Positions 25,540 through 38,430 of a stretch of DNA of 64,000 nucleotides are shown here, in pieces (the first letter of the stretch is position 1; each line of letters begins with the position of its first letter). Position numbers and translations under genes: made by a program. This DNA comes from Octopus vulgaris (taxonomy: Eukaryota). The stretch is taken from the NCBI GenBank assembly GCA_951406725.2, contig OX597824.1, positions 95,232,001 to 95,296,000 of the forward strand, in the 5' to 3' direction. The notes beneath the pieces were generated by a model, which searched no databases, was not told the origin of the DNA, and saw only the letters and a program-made list of their open reading frames with translations.

Positions 25540-25604
25540 CTGTAATATTAGAGAAACAAACGTGAGACATTGACAAGCTTTTGATATGAAAACTTCAAAA
25601 GAAA

Positions 25605-26001
25605 TCTTTAAATATAAAAGTAAAGTTGTGTGTCTGTCTCCTACGATTTAGATTCCTAACTACTCCCACATTTTGCGGTGCAGTTTAACCAAAACCAGGT
25701 ATCTTATAGTCGTGATTCATATCGAGCCCTTCTGGGTATTAGCGCGCGTCTACGATGAGTCTACGATTTTAAAAAATTTACCATAATTTTTTTCCCTTTT
25801 AATGCATTTTTTTCGCTATTATATAAGGGAAGTAACTCTCTAAAAATGTCTACGATGAGTCAACGATTTAAAAAAAAATTTACCATAATTTTTTTTCCAT
25901 TTTTAATGCATTTTTTTGCTATTTTTTGGCTATAACTCTCTAAAAATGCTTATATAGTTATTTCCCTTACAAACCCGAGCAATGCCGGGCAATACTGCTA
26001 G
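25605..26001 (+). mobile_element. Non-autonomous Helitron (complete ends), DHRS7 intron 2
   Basis: 5' TC start, 3' hairpin cccgagcaatgccggg plus CTAG; inserted between A and T with no TSD. Confidence 0.8.
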
Positions 26002-26445
26002 TACTGAATATTTTAGTAATCTAAAAGGTAGCGAGTTGGCAGAAAGGTTAGCGCACCAGGTGAAATGCTTAATGGTATTTCTCTTGTGTTTATGTTAGGC
26101 GCAGGAGTGGCTGTGTGGTAAGTAGCTTGCTTACCAACCACATGGTTCCAGGTTCATTCCCACTGCATGGCACCTTGGGCAAGTGTCTACCAAACCACTC
26201 ACAAGGCTTTGGTTGGCCTGAGGCTATAGTAGAAGACACACTACCCAATGTGCCACGCAGTGGGACTGAACCTGGAACCATGTGGTTGGTAAGCAAGCTA
26301 CTTATCACACAGCCACTCCTACACCTGATTAAGTTTTCAGAAAAACACAAAAAATACAAAAGAATTATTAATAATTACATTTAAGAATTACAACAAAATA
26401 TTATTTCAGGCGAACAAGCCATTTCTTTTGAATTTCCTCACTTAC

Positions 26446-26595
26446 CTATACATTGATGCTTGACTCGTTCCAACTCATCCGGACGTCTTGCTGATAACAC
26501 CAGCTTACATCCTGCAGCAGCAAATTCTAAAGCTAATTGTTCACCCACTCCACTGGACGCCCCTGTTATCCACACCACTTGACCACTCAGCGCCG
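26446..26595 (-). CDS. DHRS7: DHRS7-like SDR, coding exon 2 (Rossmann TGxxxGxG)
   Basis: Reads ALSGQVVWITGASSGVGEQLALEFAAAGCKLVLSARRPDELERVKHQCI. Acceptor tttttcag, donor gtaagt; 150 nt, phase 1/1. Confidence 0.95.
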
Positions 26596-26787
26596 CTGAA
26601 AAACAAAAGTAAAACAAATGCATTAGTGTATTTAACCTTTTAGCATTTAGACTGACCATATTGGGCCCGAATATTCTACTTGTTTTATATTCAAACTGAC
26701 CAGATCCAGACACTCACACCTACTCTACAAATTCAATGTAAAACTAAACAATCCCATCATCTTGATCTCATAACTGTGAGACAATGC

Positions 26788-27390
26788 ATGATAGGCCTCA
26801 CCGAGGCAATGACTAGTGACCGAGACCTTTGGAAACATGCTGTGCTTGAGAAGACCTGGCAAGCTCAAGTGAGACCATAACCTCATGGCCTATGCCAGGG
26901 GTGTAACCAGCCCACTTATGCGTACCTTTCCTTCATTGGACCCTAAACTCTGCTTGCAAAGACCTGTTGAGGCAAGTGAAATCGAAATCAAAATCAAATT
27001 TGATGACTGGTATCCATGTTAGTGGAGCGCTAAGAGCACCATCCGAGCGTGACCGTTGCCAGAGCAGCTAACTGGCTTCTGTGCCAGTGACACGTAAAAG
27101 GCACCATTCGAGCATGATCATTCCCAGTGTCGCTTTACTGGCACGTGAAAAAACATTCGAGCAAGGTTGTTGCCAGTGCCGCCTGACTGGCTCTCATGTC
27201 AGTGGAACATAAAAGCACCCACTATATTCTTGGAGTGGTTGACATTAGGAAGGGCATCTATCTGTAGAAACTCTGCCAGATCAGATTAGAGACTGGTGCA
27301 GCCATCTGGTTCGCCAGTCCTCAGTCAAATCGTCCAACCCATGCTAGCAGGGAAAGCTAAACGATGATGATGATGATGATGATGATGATG
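26788..27390 (+). mobile_element. RTE 3' fragment nested in a TTAA-flanked MITE (26632-27446)
   Basis: Begins with the last ORF codons (MIGLTEAMTSDRDLWK) and ends in (GAT)n. Confidence 0.85.
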
Positions 27391-28198
27391 AATGTGAATA
27401 AATAAGCAATACATTTTAGAGAGTAATCTGAACGCCAACAGGTTAAACATTAACGATGTTGTTTCTTCAGAAGAATTCCTTAAAATACTCGTTACTTTTT
27501 GGATTAGTCATAACCTAAAGGCAATGACCTTTTTTTCTGAGTCCACTCCATTCGTGCATTCCCTTCCCCTCAAAACTTCTCAAATCTTTATAAATGTTGC
27601 CTACCTCCCTTTCTTACTTCCCCTATCTCTTCCCCCACACACTCTTGCAAACACCCACCCTCCCCAGCCACTACTACCCCTGCTACTTGAGGTACCACCC
27701 AGACACTTCATCACCGCCGTCTGTCTCCTTGATTGTTATTTGCAAACTCTATAACAGATGTTTCAAATGCAATTAGATGCTGAAAACTGGTAAGCCAGGG
27801 AGTTGCACCAGGTTCCAATACTGATCTGGCATGGTTTCAACAGCTGGATGCCCTTCCTAATGCCAACCACTCCGAGAGTGTAGTCGGTGTTTTTTATGTG
27901 CTACTGGCATGAGTGCCATTGACCTGACACCAGCATTGGCCATGACTATGGTCCCACTTGGTTTGACAGGTCAACACAAGCATAGTACATCACCAAGGGT
28001 CTTGGTCACCTGTCACTGCCTCCAAGAGGCCCAACACTCAAACGATGCTTCTTCATTGCCAGTCAGGAACCACTAGCATTGGCTACATCTAAGATCTCAC
28101 TCAGTTCAACCGGTCTCCACACAGCCATGGCTGTGTTTGACACAAATCTATGGACAAAACATTACATGCCACTGCCACCAGTTTTGCTTGGAACTTAC

Positions 28199-28322
28199 CC
28201 ATTGTGTTTCCGAATTTCAGTTTCCATTGGAGAACAAGATCACAGTCAGAGGCGAGGAGTCGGATTAGTTGTACTCCATAAAAGATGCAGATGAATGTAA
28301 CTAACAATGTAAGGAAGACCAT
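28199..28322 (-). CDS. DHRS7: DHRS7-like SDR, coding exon 1 (N-terminal signal/anchor)
   Basis: Reads MVFLTLLVTFICIFYGVQLIRLLASDCDLVLQWKLKFGNTM, matching the DHRS7 N-terminus (hydrophobic stretch, then DxDL). Acceptor ttttttcattgcag lies 4 nt before the ATG; donor G|gtaagt, phase 1. Confidence 0.88.
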
Positions 28323-30244
28323 AATTCTGCAATGAAAAAAAGACAATGTAAGGAAGACCATAAGGAACACTATAATTCTGCAATGGAAACAAACAAATTA
28401 CTGTCATCGTCAACAAAATTAAGGCAAATGCTTTTACAAACCACAAGGGTTTATAGAATCAGAGGATGGTGATTGGTGTCTGGAATATTGATTTCATATT
28501 TGGGCACAATGCCAGCAATTTTGGGGATGGGGTTGGTCAATTACATTGACGCTCCTCACCCCCACCCCTCAGTGCTCAAATGGTTCTTATTTTATCAGTA
28601 CCAATTAGATGGAAGGCAAAGTCAACCTTGGCAGAATTAAAACTTAGAATGTAAAGACAGATGAAAAGCATTTTGCCCAGAATGTTAATAATTCTGCCAG
28701 CTTGTTGCATCATCATCATCATTTAACGTCCGCTTTCCATGCTGGCATGGGTTGGACAGTTCGACCGAGATCTGGGAAGCCAGGAGGCTGCACTAGGCTC
28801 CAGTCTGATCTGGCAGTGTTTCTACAGCTGGATGCCCTTCCTAATGCCAACTACTCTGTGAGTGTAGTGGGTGCTTTTTACGTGCCACCGGCACAGGGAC
28901 CAGGGGAGGCTGGCAATGGTCACGATCTTAATAACAATAATAATAATAATAGTTTCTAATTTTGGCACAAGGCCAGCAATTTCAGGGAAGTGGGTATGTC
29001 AATTACATTGACCCCAGTATTCAACTGGTACTTATTTTATTGACCCCAAAAGAATGAAAGGCAAAGTCAATCGTGGTGGCATTTGAACCTGGGGTTATAG
29101 TAGAAGACACTTGCCCAAGGTGCCATGCAACAGGACTGAACCCATGATCACATCGTTGAGAAACCAGCCTCTTAACCACACAGCCACGCCTGCACATAGT
29201 TATTCTGTAATGGAAATCTTCCACTTGACCTTATGCTAGGTGTTATTTGTTCTTCCACTCATAAATGTTAGTGTCAGCCAGTAAAGGAGGTGAGATATCA
29301 GCAGGTCAGAAGCAATGGAAAGGAAAATAACAATAAATGATGAATAATATTTAATGTCAGTCATATGTAAACGTTCTCACGGTTATTAGTTCTGACTTGT
29401 AGTAACAGGTTGACTGTCTTTTAGCAATGCCAAATGCTGTGTTTAAATTTGCTTTAGTACAAGATATATTAACTCTTTCGTTACTGTATTTATTTTGAGA
29501 TGCTCTGTGTTTCTTTCAATTAATTTTAAATAGAACCGAGAATTTAGTAAAATAACTTATCGTTAAGCTAGTGTTAGGAACATAAATTGTGACTAATAAT
29601 AATAATAAATGGCCTGATGAAGTACCAGGCAGTGGCTCTCATGGTTTCTGATCTTAACTGATTGGAAGTGTTATCATGTACATTGTTTTGTCTTGGTATA
29701 AAAGATGGCCTACAGCAAATATTCTGTAGAAGATTTTTAATTCAAAACTTGTGAAAACAAGACTGCAGAACCAGAGGCAGTTTCAGCTGGGTTGGTATTG
29801 AAAGGGTTAAACAGATACAAAATAATAAAAAACTCTTTCTTATTTATTTTGAGATGCTCTGTGTTTCCTTTCAATTACTTCAAATATAACAAAGAATTTA
29901 GTAAAATAGCTTACTTATTATTCACCTAGTGTTAGGAACATAAATTGTGACTAAGGTTTGGTGGAAGATTTTAATTCAAAACTTGTGAAAACAAGACATT
30001 TGTACTACAGAGCCAGAGCCAGTTTCAGCCAGATTGGTGACGAAAGGGTTAATATTTGATATTGCATTCTTTCTTTCCCCTATGAAATGTGTCTTTGTCA
30101 AAGTCATCTATATACATAAATGTGTAATGGTGTCTGTCTGTGAGTCTGTTTGGGGGTTACTCTAACTCCTCCCACACTGTCCAACCAATTTTAATGATTT
30201 TTGGCACATAGGTAGATCACATGCCCTGAAGTTCAAATAAGGCC

Positions 30245-30500
30245 TGATGACGATGATGACAATGACGATGATGATGATGACAATGATGATGATGACAACG
30301 ATGACGACGATGACAATGACGACGATGATGATGATGACTACGATGATGATGATGATGACGCCGCCAATGATGACGATGACGATGATGATGATGACGATGA
30401 TGATGATGACGATGATGATGATGATGATGACGATGATAATGATAATGATAATAATAGTGATAATAATAATAAATAATAATAATAATAATAACAACAACAT
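30245..30500. repeat. (GAT/GAC)n grading into (AAT)n
   Basis: Seen directly; a (CAC)n tract lies at 36130-36285. Confidence 0.95.
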
Positions 30501-30546
30501 TGAAAAATACCTCAGGAATGAGAACCCAGGTTCGAAATTTCCCCAA

Positions 30547-30592
30547 GACACCTGAAGAAGGCTGGAGGGAATATCAGCCAAAATGTTGTGTT
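30547..30592 (+). ncRNA. Minimal hammerhead motif, second copy of the 986-1031 family (G12A variant)
   Basis: GACAC-CUGAAGA-A-GGCUG..CAGCC-AAAA-UGUU-GUGUU; flanks match the 910-1100 element. Confidence 0.55.
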
Positions 30593-31691
30593 AACAACAA
30601 ACAAGATGAGGACAAATAACCATCAAATGTAAACAATTACATAAGCATTTTATAAGCATTTTATAATGCTTCTTTCTCTTCTGAAAACTTGCCGCGTACC
30701 AGCGGCTGATGGCTCGCGGACTTGCACCAGTCAGTGGAGCATGCCTTTGAGTAGCACTGGTATAAAAGATAGGATTGGGGGGGGGAGTGTGTCGGTGAGT
30801 AAGTTGACAAGAGTGTGAAAGAAGAGTAAGAGATTGATCTTATTTTTATGATTTCTGATAATGTGGAAGCCAAAGTGACTCATGGCAAGATTGTGAGTGA
30901 GACATTGACCTAAATAACAGAATGGTTTGATAACCATGGCTCCTGTCACCAGTCCTCAGTCACCTGAAGCTTATACAATAATATAATATCACAGGAAAAA
31001 CAGCAGAGAAAAATCACAACCATAAAAGCTGCTTTATTAAGTTTCTAGAATGCTCCAGACAGGGCCACTTTTACTCAAACAAAGCAATTCCAGTAATTAT
31101 GGTTTTTTTTTATACTTATTCTGTCAGGTTCTCTTTTGCTGAACTGCTTAGTTGTTGGGATGTAAACAAACCAGCACCGGTTGACAAGCAGGGTGGGAGT
31201 GGGGGTGACAAACATGCATTTTTCTGACGTACGCGTAGTATCGATCGCAACAGATGATGTACTTGTGCATACAAATGCACGTTCCCACGGCTTTATCGAT
31301 CGCATTCTCACCTGGAATTGATTTTTGTAATTTTTTCAAGACTTATACACGTCGTATATATGTATATATATATGCGTGTGTGTGTTTGTGTGTCTGTGTT
31401 TGTCCCCCTAGCATTGCATGATAACCGATGCTGGTGTGTTTATGTCCCTGTTACCTAGCGGTTCAGCAAAAGAGACCGACAGAATAAGTACTGGGCTTAC
31501 AAAAGAATAAGTCCCGGGGTCGAGTTGCTCGATTAAAGGTGCATGGCCGCAGTCAAATGACTGAAACAAGTAAAAGAGTAAAAGAGTAAAGAGTCCTGAT
31601 ACCGTTGGTATCTACATATCAAATTTGAGCGCAATCGGATGGAGGATGCCCGAGATCCTAGAAGACACACAGACAGATAGAGAACGGATTT

Positions 31692-31764
<73 letters not shown>

Positions 31765-32509
31765 ACCTGATGTTTCCCTCTAAAGCTGTATGAAGTCAGT
31801 CGTGACGATAAAGTGTTGGCATTGATTAGATTATCATGCAGATTAGCTGTATTATGTGTGTTTTAATGAGAGTAAGAAGATCAATGTCTCTAGCAAAAAC
31901 AAAATGTCAAGGGTAAATATTAACTTGAACTCCACTCTTATTTGTCTATGGTTCTTTTTAATTACAACTCGTTTTCCTCCAGGGCAAAGGTGTAGTGGAA
32001 GGGAGCAGATCACTGTTAACCTGTTTTAGAAGTCGAAAATGAATTAGTAAAAAAAAACCCATTAAAAAAAAAAATCAAGAAATATTATTTAGTCACTTTA
32101 TATTGGCAGAAATGTTTTAGAGTATTAATTAATGATGGTATGTATTTAGTGTTATAATATTATATCACAATTTGTGAACAGTAATGTGGGGTTTGTTATG
32201 GGGTTTCCTGTGGGCCAGTCATTTGTTAACAGAATGTTTGTTAGTGAAGGTAACGCAGAAGTGTCTGTGACTTGATTTTTTTCAAAAGGTGTCTTGCTGA
32301 GCTTTTATATCCTTCACTGGGACATATATTGGCAAAACACACACACACACATACACACACACACACTACAAGGTTATCATATGTGTGTACATATATAAAT
32401 ATGTGTGTGAATGTGTGTTGTGTGTGCATGTATAAATGAGAAAAAGCAGAGATACAGGTGTCAATCCATTACAGCTGTTTCTAATGACTCCTGAACCTTA
32501 CTTATATTT

Positions 32510-32529
32510 CGTGCATGTATGTATGTATG

Positions 32530-32568
<39 letters not shown>

Positions 32569-32719
32569 ATGTATGTATGTATGTGTGTGTGTGTGTATGT
32601 ATGTATGTGTGTGTGTATGTATGTATGTGTGTGTGTGTGTATGTATGTATGCATGTATGTATGTATGTATGTATGTATGTATGTGTGTGTATGTGTATGT
32701 GTGTGTTTGCATGTGTGTG

Positions 32720-32751
<32 letters not shown>

Positions 32752-32761
32752 TATATAAATG

Positions 32762-32792
<31 letters not shown>

Positions 32793-32909
32793 ATATGTGT
32801 GTATGTATGTATGTATGTAAGTATGTATGTATGTATGTATGTATGTATGAATGTATGTATGTTTGTATGTATGTATGTATGTATGTATGTATGTATGTAT
32901 GTATGTATG

Positions 32910-32943
<34 letters not shown>

Positions 32944-33337
32944 TGTATGTATGTATGTATGTATGTATGTATGTATGTATGTGTGTATGTATGTATGTAT
33001 GTATGTATGTATGTGTGTATGTATGTATGTATGTATGTATGTATGTATGTATGTATGTATGTATGTATGTATGTATGTGTATGTATGTATGTATGTATGT
33101 ATGTATGTATGTATGTATGTATGTATGTATGTATGTATGTATGTATGTATGTATGTATGTATGTATGTATGTGTGTATGTATGTATGTATGTATGTATGT
33201 ATGTATGTATGTATGTATGTGTGTATGTATGTATGTATGTATGTGTGTATGTATGTATGTATGTATGTATGTATGTATGTATGTATGTATGTATGTATGT
33301 ATGTATGTATGTATGTATGTATGTATGTATGTATGTA
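32510..33337. repeat. (TATG)n microsatellite
   Basis: Seen directly; similar arrays at 40633-40980 and 43198-43946. Confidence 0.97.
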
Positions 33338-34378
33338 GATAAAACTTACGTGGAAAAGAATGTATGGCGTTCGATCACATAATAATATAAATAATATACA
33401 AATATATGCATATATACATACATATATGTCCATACCTACGTCTCTATGTATATATACATGCATATATGGGTACAGGACATCAAAGAAACGTTGAACACAA
33501 TGAGAAACGAAAACATAAAACCAAAAACCTAGGAAACGAACAGTATTGTTTTTCCTGTGAGAGAAGGAAGAAGGTATTTGCAATACGACTGATTCACTTT
33601 GTCACATTTATTTTTATTGATTGTTCACTATTGTGTTATTTTAATGTTGTTCTTATTCTTTGTTGTAGAAGTCTTTTAAAGTATGGAGAGACGATAGCAC
33701 AGCACATGTGATGTGTTTATGGCGTTACTCAATTAAAAGTGTCTTTCAATGATATTCTGTACTTAAGATGATTGTGAGATGGCAGAAATGTTAACACGCG
33801 GGGCAAAACCCTTCACAACATTTTGTCTGTGTTTGCATTCTGAATTTAAATATCGCAAAGGTCAACTTTACCTTGAATCTTTTTAAGGTTCATTATTTAC
33901 ATTATTTACATTATTTACATTTGATGGATATTTGTCCTCATCTTGTTTGGTGTCAACATCAAACAAGATGAGAACAGATATCTGTCAAATGTAAATAACG
34001 TAAATAATGTACATAATTCCCCATCTCTCAAATATAGAACCCTTTTAGGGTTGATAAAATAAGTACCAGTTGAGTATTGTGGTCAATGTAAATGATTTAT
34101 CCCCTCCCCCGAAATTGCTGGCCTTGTGCCAAAATTCGAAACCAATAACATTGTGTTTGTGCTTTTTTTCATCATCTCCACTTCATCACTAATTATTATT
34201 CCTTCTGTCTTTAGACTCTGCTATTTACTTAAGTCCTTTTCTTCCTATGGAACGTTAGTCATTGATGGCATTTCTCCTCTGTTTTCAAATTTGGGTTGTC
34301 TTATCCCTTTCCAGTTGAAATCCTTGCTTTTACAGCTCTGCTTCCTTTCAATTTTACCACAACACATTTTATGTTTCC

Positions 34379-34829
34379 TTAACCCTTTCGTTACCGTATT
34401 TATTTTGAGAAGCTTTATGTTTCTTTCAATTACTTTAAATATAACAAAGAATTTAGTAAAATTACTTGGTTACGAACATAAATTGTGACTAAGGTTTGGT
34501 GGAAGATTTTACTTAAAAAATTATGAAAACAAGACATTTGTACTCAGAGCCAGAGCCTGTTCCAACCAGGTTGGTAACAAAAGGGTTAAATTAATCATTT
34601 GTTAACCCTTTCGTCATCATATTTCAGTTGAGATGCTCTGTGTTTCTTTCAATTACTCTAAATACAACAAAGAATTTAGTAAAATGACTTAGTTATCATT
34701 AAGCTAGTGTTAGGAACATAAATTGTGACTAAGGTTTGGTGGAAGATTTTAATTCAAAACTCATGAAAACAAGACATTTGTACTCAGAGCCAGAGCCGGT
34801 TTCAGCAGGGTTGGTAACGAAAGGGTTCA
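34379..34829. mobile_element. Two tandem piggyBac-like MITEs
   Basis: TTAA|ccctttcgttacc ... ggtaacaaaaggg|TTAA; more copies at ~29469-30052. Confidence 0.75.
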
Positions 34830-35118
34830 GGAAGGGCCTTCTTCTCCCAGCTGTTGTTGGTTTTGGATTGTCATCAATGGTTCTGTAACTCTGCTTTTTC
34901 CTAGGTAGCAGTTTTGGCCCTACATAAAACTGTTTTACCTTTATGAAGAGAAGAGGTGATCCATATTAGCCTGGCTTTTATCCTTCGACCTGTCCAACAT
35001 GGGAGGCACCACAAAAATCACTCATATTGCTACAAAAGCATTGTTCACGAGGAAGTTAAATAGTCTTCAAATTTCAAATTCTTGTAATTTGACTACTTTT
35101 TAGTTTCCTTTTGAACAA

Positions 35119-35302
35119 TGGCGTAGGAGTGGCTGTGTGGTAAGTAGCTTGCTTACCAACCACATGGAAATTCCAGGTTCATTCCCACTGTGTGGGACTT
35201 TGGGCAAGTGTCTTCTACTGTAGCCTTGGGCTGACCAAAGCCTTGTGAGTGGATTTGTTAGACGGAATCTGAAAGAAGCCCGTCGTATATATGTATGTGT
35301 GT

Positions 35303-35366
<64 letters not shown>

Positions 35367-35674
35367 GTATATGTATATATATATATATATCGTGGCCGTC
35401 TGCCAGCCTCGTCTGGCACCTGAGTCGGTGGCACATAAAAAACACCATCCGAGCGTGGCCGTTCGCCAGCCTCGTCTGGCACCTGTGTCGGTGGCACATA
35501 AAATCACCCACTACACTCTCGGAGTGGTTGGCATTAGGAAGGGCATCCAGCTGTAGAAACACTGCCAGATGTGACTGGCCTGGTGCAGCCTTCGGGCTCC
35601 CCAGACCCCAGTTGAACCGTCCAACCCATGCTAGCATGGAAAGCGGACGTTAAACGATGATGATGATGATGATG

Positions 35675-35728
<54 letters not shown>

Positions 35729-35941
35729 ATGTTTGTGTGTGTGTTTGTCCCCCCAACATCGCTTGACAACCGATGCTGGTGTGTTTACATCCCCGTAACT
35801 TAGTGGTTTAGCAAAGGAGACCGATAGAATAAGTACTGGGCTTACAAAGAATAAGTCCTGGGGTGGATTTGCTCGACTAAAAGGCGGTGCTCCAGCATGG
35901 TCGCAGTCAAATGACTGAAACGAGTAAAAGAGTGAAAGAGT
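35119..35941 (+). mobile_element. SINE family A with an RTE 3' fragment nested in its (AT)n
   Basis: SINE head and tail flank an RTE 3' UTR piece at 35391-35675 that ends in (GAT)n. Confidence 0.85.
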
Positions 35942-36717
35942 AATGCTTTTGGTTGAAATGTCTACAAAAAAATATATTTTCGTTTCTGTTTCAATTGTGG
36001 AATGTGGGTGGTTCACTCCAATCACCTCGTTAACCTGAATAGGCTTGTCCCATGCGTAACATCACCAGTGTGGTTCGTTAGATTTCAGGCATAATTACAA
36101 CATTCATTTTCAGTTTTGATGTAGAAGCATCACCACTACCACCACCACTGCCACCAACACCACCACCACCACCACCACCACCACCACCACCACCACCACC
36201 ACCACCACCACCACCACCACCACCACCACCACCACCACCACCACCTCCACCATCACCTCCACCACCACCACCACCACCATCACCATTTATTTATTTATCT
36301 ATATTATTAATTATTTAATAAATACCTAAAGTGTTCCATTTGTTTCATCATCAGGATGTTGATACATTTTGAAAGAGAAAGACATTCCTGAAAGTATTCA
36401 AAGGTCAGAAGTTCCTTGAGACAATATAAACAGCATCAACAAGTCCTAACGTTGCTCTTCTCTGGAATAATGTTCCTGGGTCTGTAACCTTACACAGAAC
36501 CTTTATTGTTTCCATGCAGGGATGGCTGTGTGGTTAAGAGGCTTGCTTCCCAACCATGTGTTTGTGGGTTCAGAAGCACTGCACAGCACCTTGGGCATGT
36601 GTCTTCTACAATAGATTTGGTTCAACCAAAGCCTTGTGAGTAAATTTGGTGGGCAGAAACTGTGTGGAAGCTTGCCATGTGGTGTATATATATATCATCA
36701 TTATCATCATCATCATC

Positions 36718-38430
36718 ATTTGACATCCATTTTGACAGGCATGGGTTGGACAATTTGACACCCATTTGACTGGTATGGGTTGGACAGTTTGACACCCATT
36801 TGACTGGTATGGGTTGGACAGTTTGACACCCATTTGACTGGCATGGGTTGAACAGTTTGACACCCACTTGACTAGCATGGGTTGGACAGTTTGACACCCA
36901 TTTGACTAGCATGGGTTGGACAGTTTGACACCCATTTGACTAGCATGGGTTGGACAGTTTGACACCCATTTGACTGGCATGGGTTGGACAGTTTGACACC
37001 TATTTGACTGGCATGGGTTGGACAGTTTGACACCCATTTGACTGGCATGGGTTGGACAGTTTGACTACCATTTGACTGGCATGGGTTGGACAGTTTGACT
37101 ACCATTTGACTGGCATGGGTTGGACAGTTTGACTACCATTTGACTGGCATGGGTTGGAACAGTTTGACACCCATTTGACTGGCATGGGTTGGACAGTTTG
37201 ACACCCATTTGACAGGCATGGGTTGGACAGGTTGACACCTAATTAACTGGCATGGGTTGGGCAGTTAGACAGCCATTTAACTAGCATGGGTTGGACAGGT
37301 TGACACCCATTTGACTGGCATGGGTTGGGCAGTTTGACACCCATTTGACTGGTATGGGTTGGACAGTTTGACACCCATTTGACTGGCATGGGTTGGACAG
37401 TTTGACACCCATTTGACTAGCATGGGTTGGACAGTTTGACACCCATTTGACTAGCATGGGTTGGACAGTTTGACACCCATTTGACTAGCATGGGTTGGAC
37501 AGTTTGACACCTATTTGACTGGCATGGGTTGGACAGTTTGACACCTATTTGACTGGCATGGGTTGGACAGTTTGACACCCATTTGACTGGCATGGGTTGG
37601 ACAGTTTGACTACCATTTGACTGGCATGGGTTGGACAGTTTGACTACCATTTGACTGGCATGGGTTGGACAGTTTGACTACCATTTGACTGGCATGGGTT
37701 GGAACAGTTTGACACCCATTTGACTGGCATGGGTTGGACAGTTTGACACCCATTTGACAGGCATGGGTTGGACAGGTTGACACCTAATTAACTGGCATGG
37801 GTTGGGCAGTTAGACAGCCATTTAACTAGCATGGGTTGGACAGTTTGACACCCATTTGACTGGCATGGGTTGGACAGGTTGACACCCATTTGACTGGCAT
37901 GGGTTGGACAGGTTGACACCCATTTGACTGGCATGGGTTGGGCAGTTTGACATCCATTTAACTAGCATGGGTTGGACAGTTTGACACCCATTTGATTGGC
38001 ATGGGTTGGAACAGTTTGACACCCATTTGACTGGCATGGGTTGGACAGTTTGACACCCATTTGACTGGCATGGGTTGGACAGTTTGACACCCATTTGACT
38101 AGCATGGGTTGGACAGTTTGACACCCATTTGACTGGCATGGGTTGGACAGTTTGACACCCATTTGACTGGCATGGGTTGGACAGTTTGACACCCATTTGC
38201 CTGGCATGGGTTGAACAGTTTGACACCCATTTGACTGGCATGGGTTGGACAGTTTGACACCCATTTGACTGGCATGGGTTGGACAGTTTGACTACCATTT
38301 GACTGGCATGGGTTGGAACAGTTTGACACCCATTTGACTGGCATGGGTTGGACAGTTTGACACCCATTTGACTGACATGGGTTGGACAGGTTGACACCTA
38401 ATTAACTGGCCTGGGTTGGGCAGTTTGACT
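36718..38430. repeat. 34-bp minisatellite (~50 units) expanded inside an RTE 3' UTR copy
   Basis: Unit catttgactggcatgggttggacagtttgacacc; preceded by (CAT)n and followed by the rest of the RTE UTR. Confidence 0.95.

Noticed and set aside
30162-30581. Poly-His, poly-Met and poly-Ile ORFs
   Set aside because: Trinucleotide microsatellite attached to a repeat element.
36718-38430. CRISPR-like array or repetitive protein (MGVKLSNPCQSNGCQTVQPM...)
   Set aside because: Units are contiguous with no unique spacers, there are no cas genes and the context is eukaryotic. The ORFs arise only because the unit mostly lacks stops.
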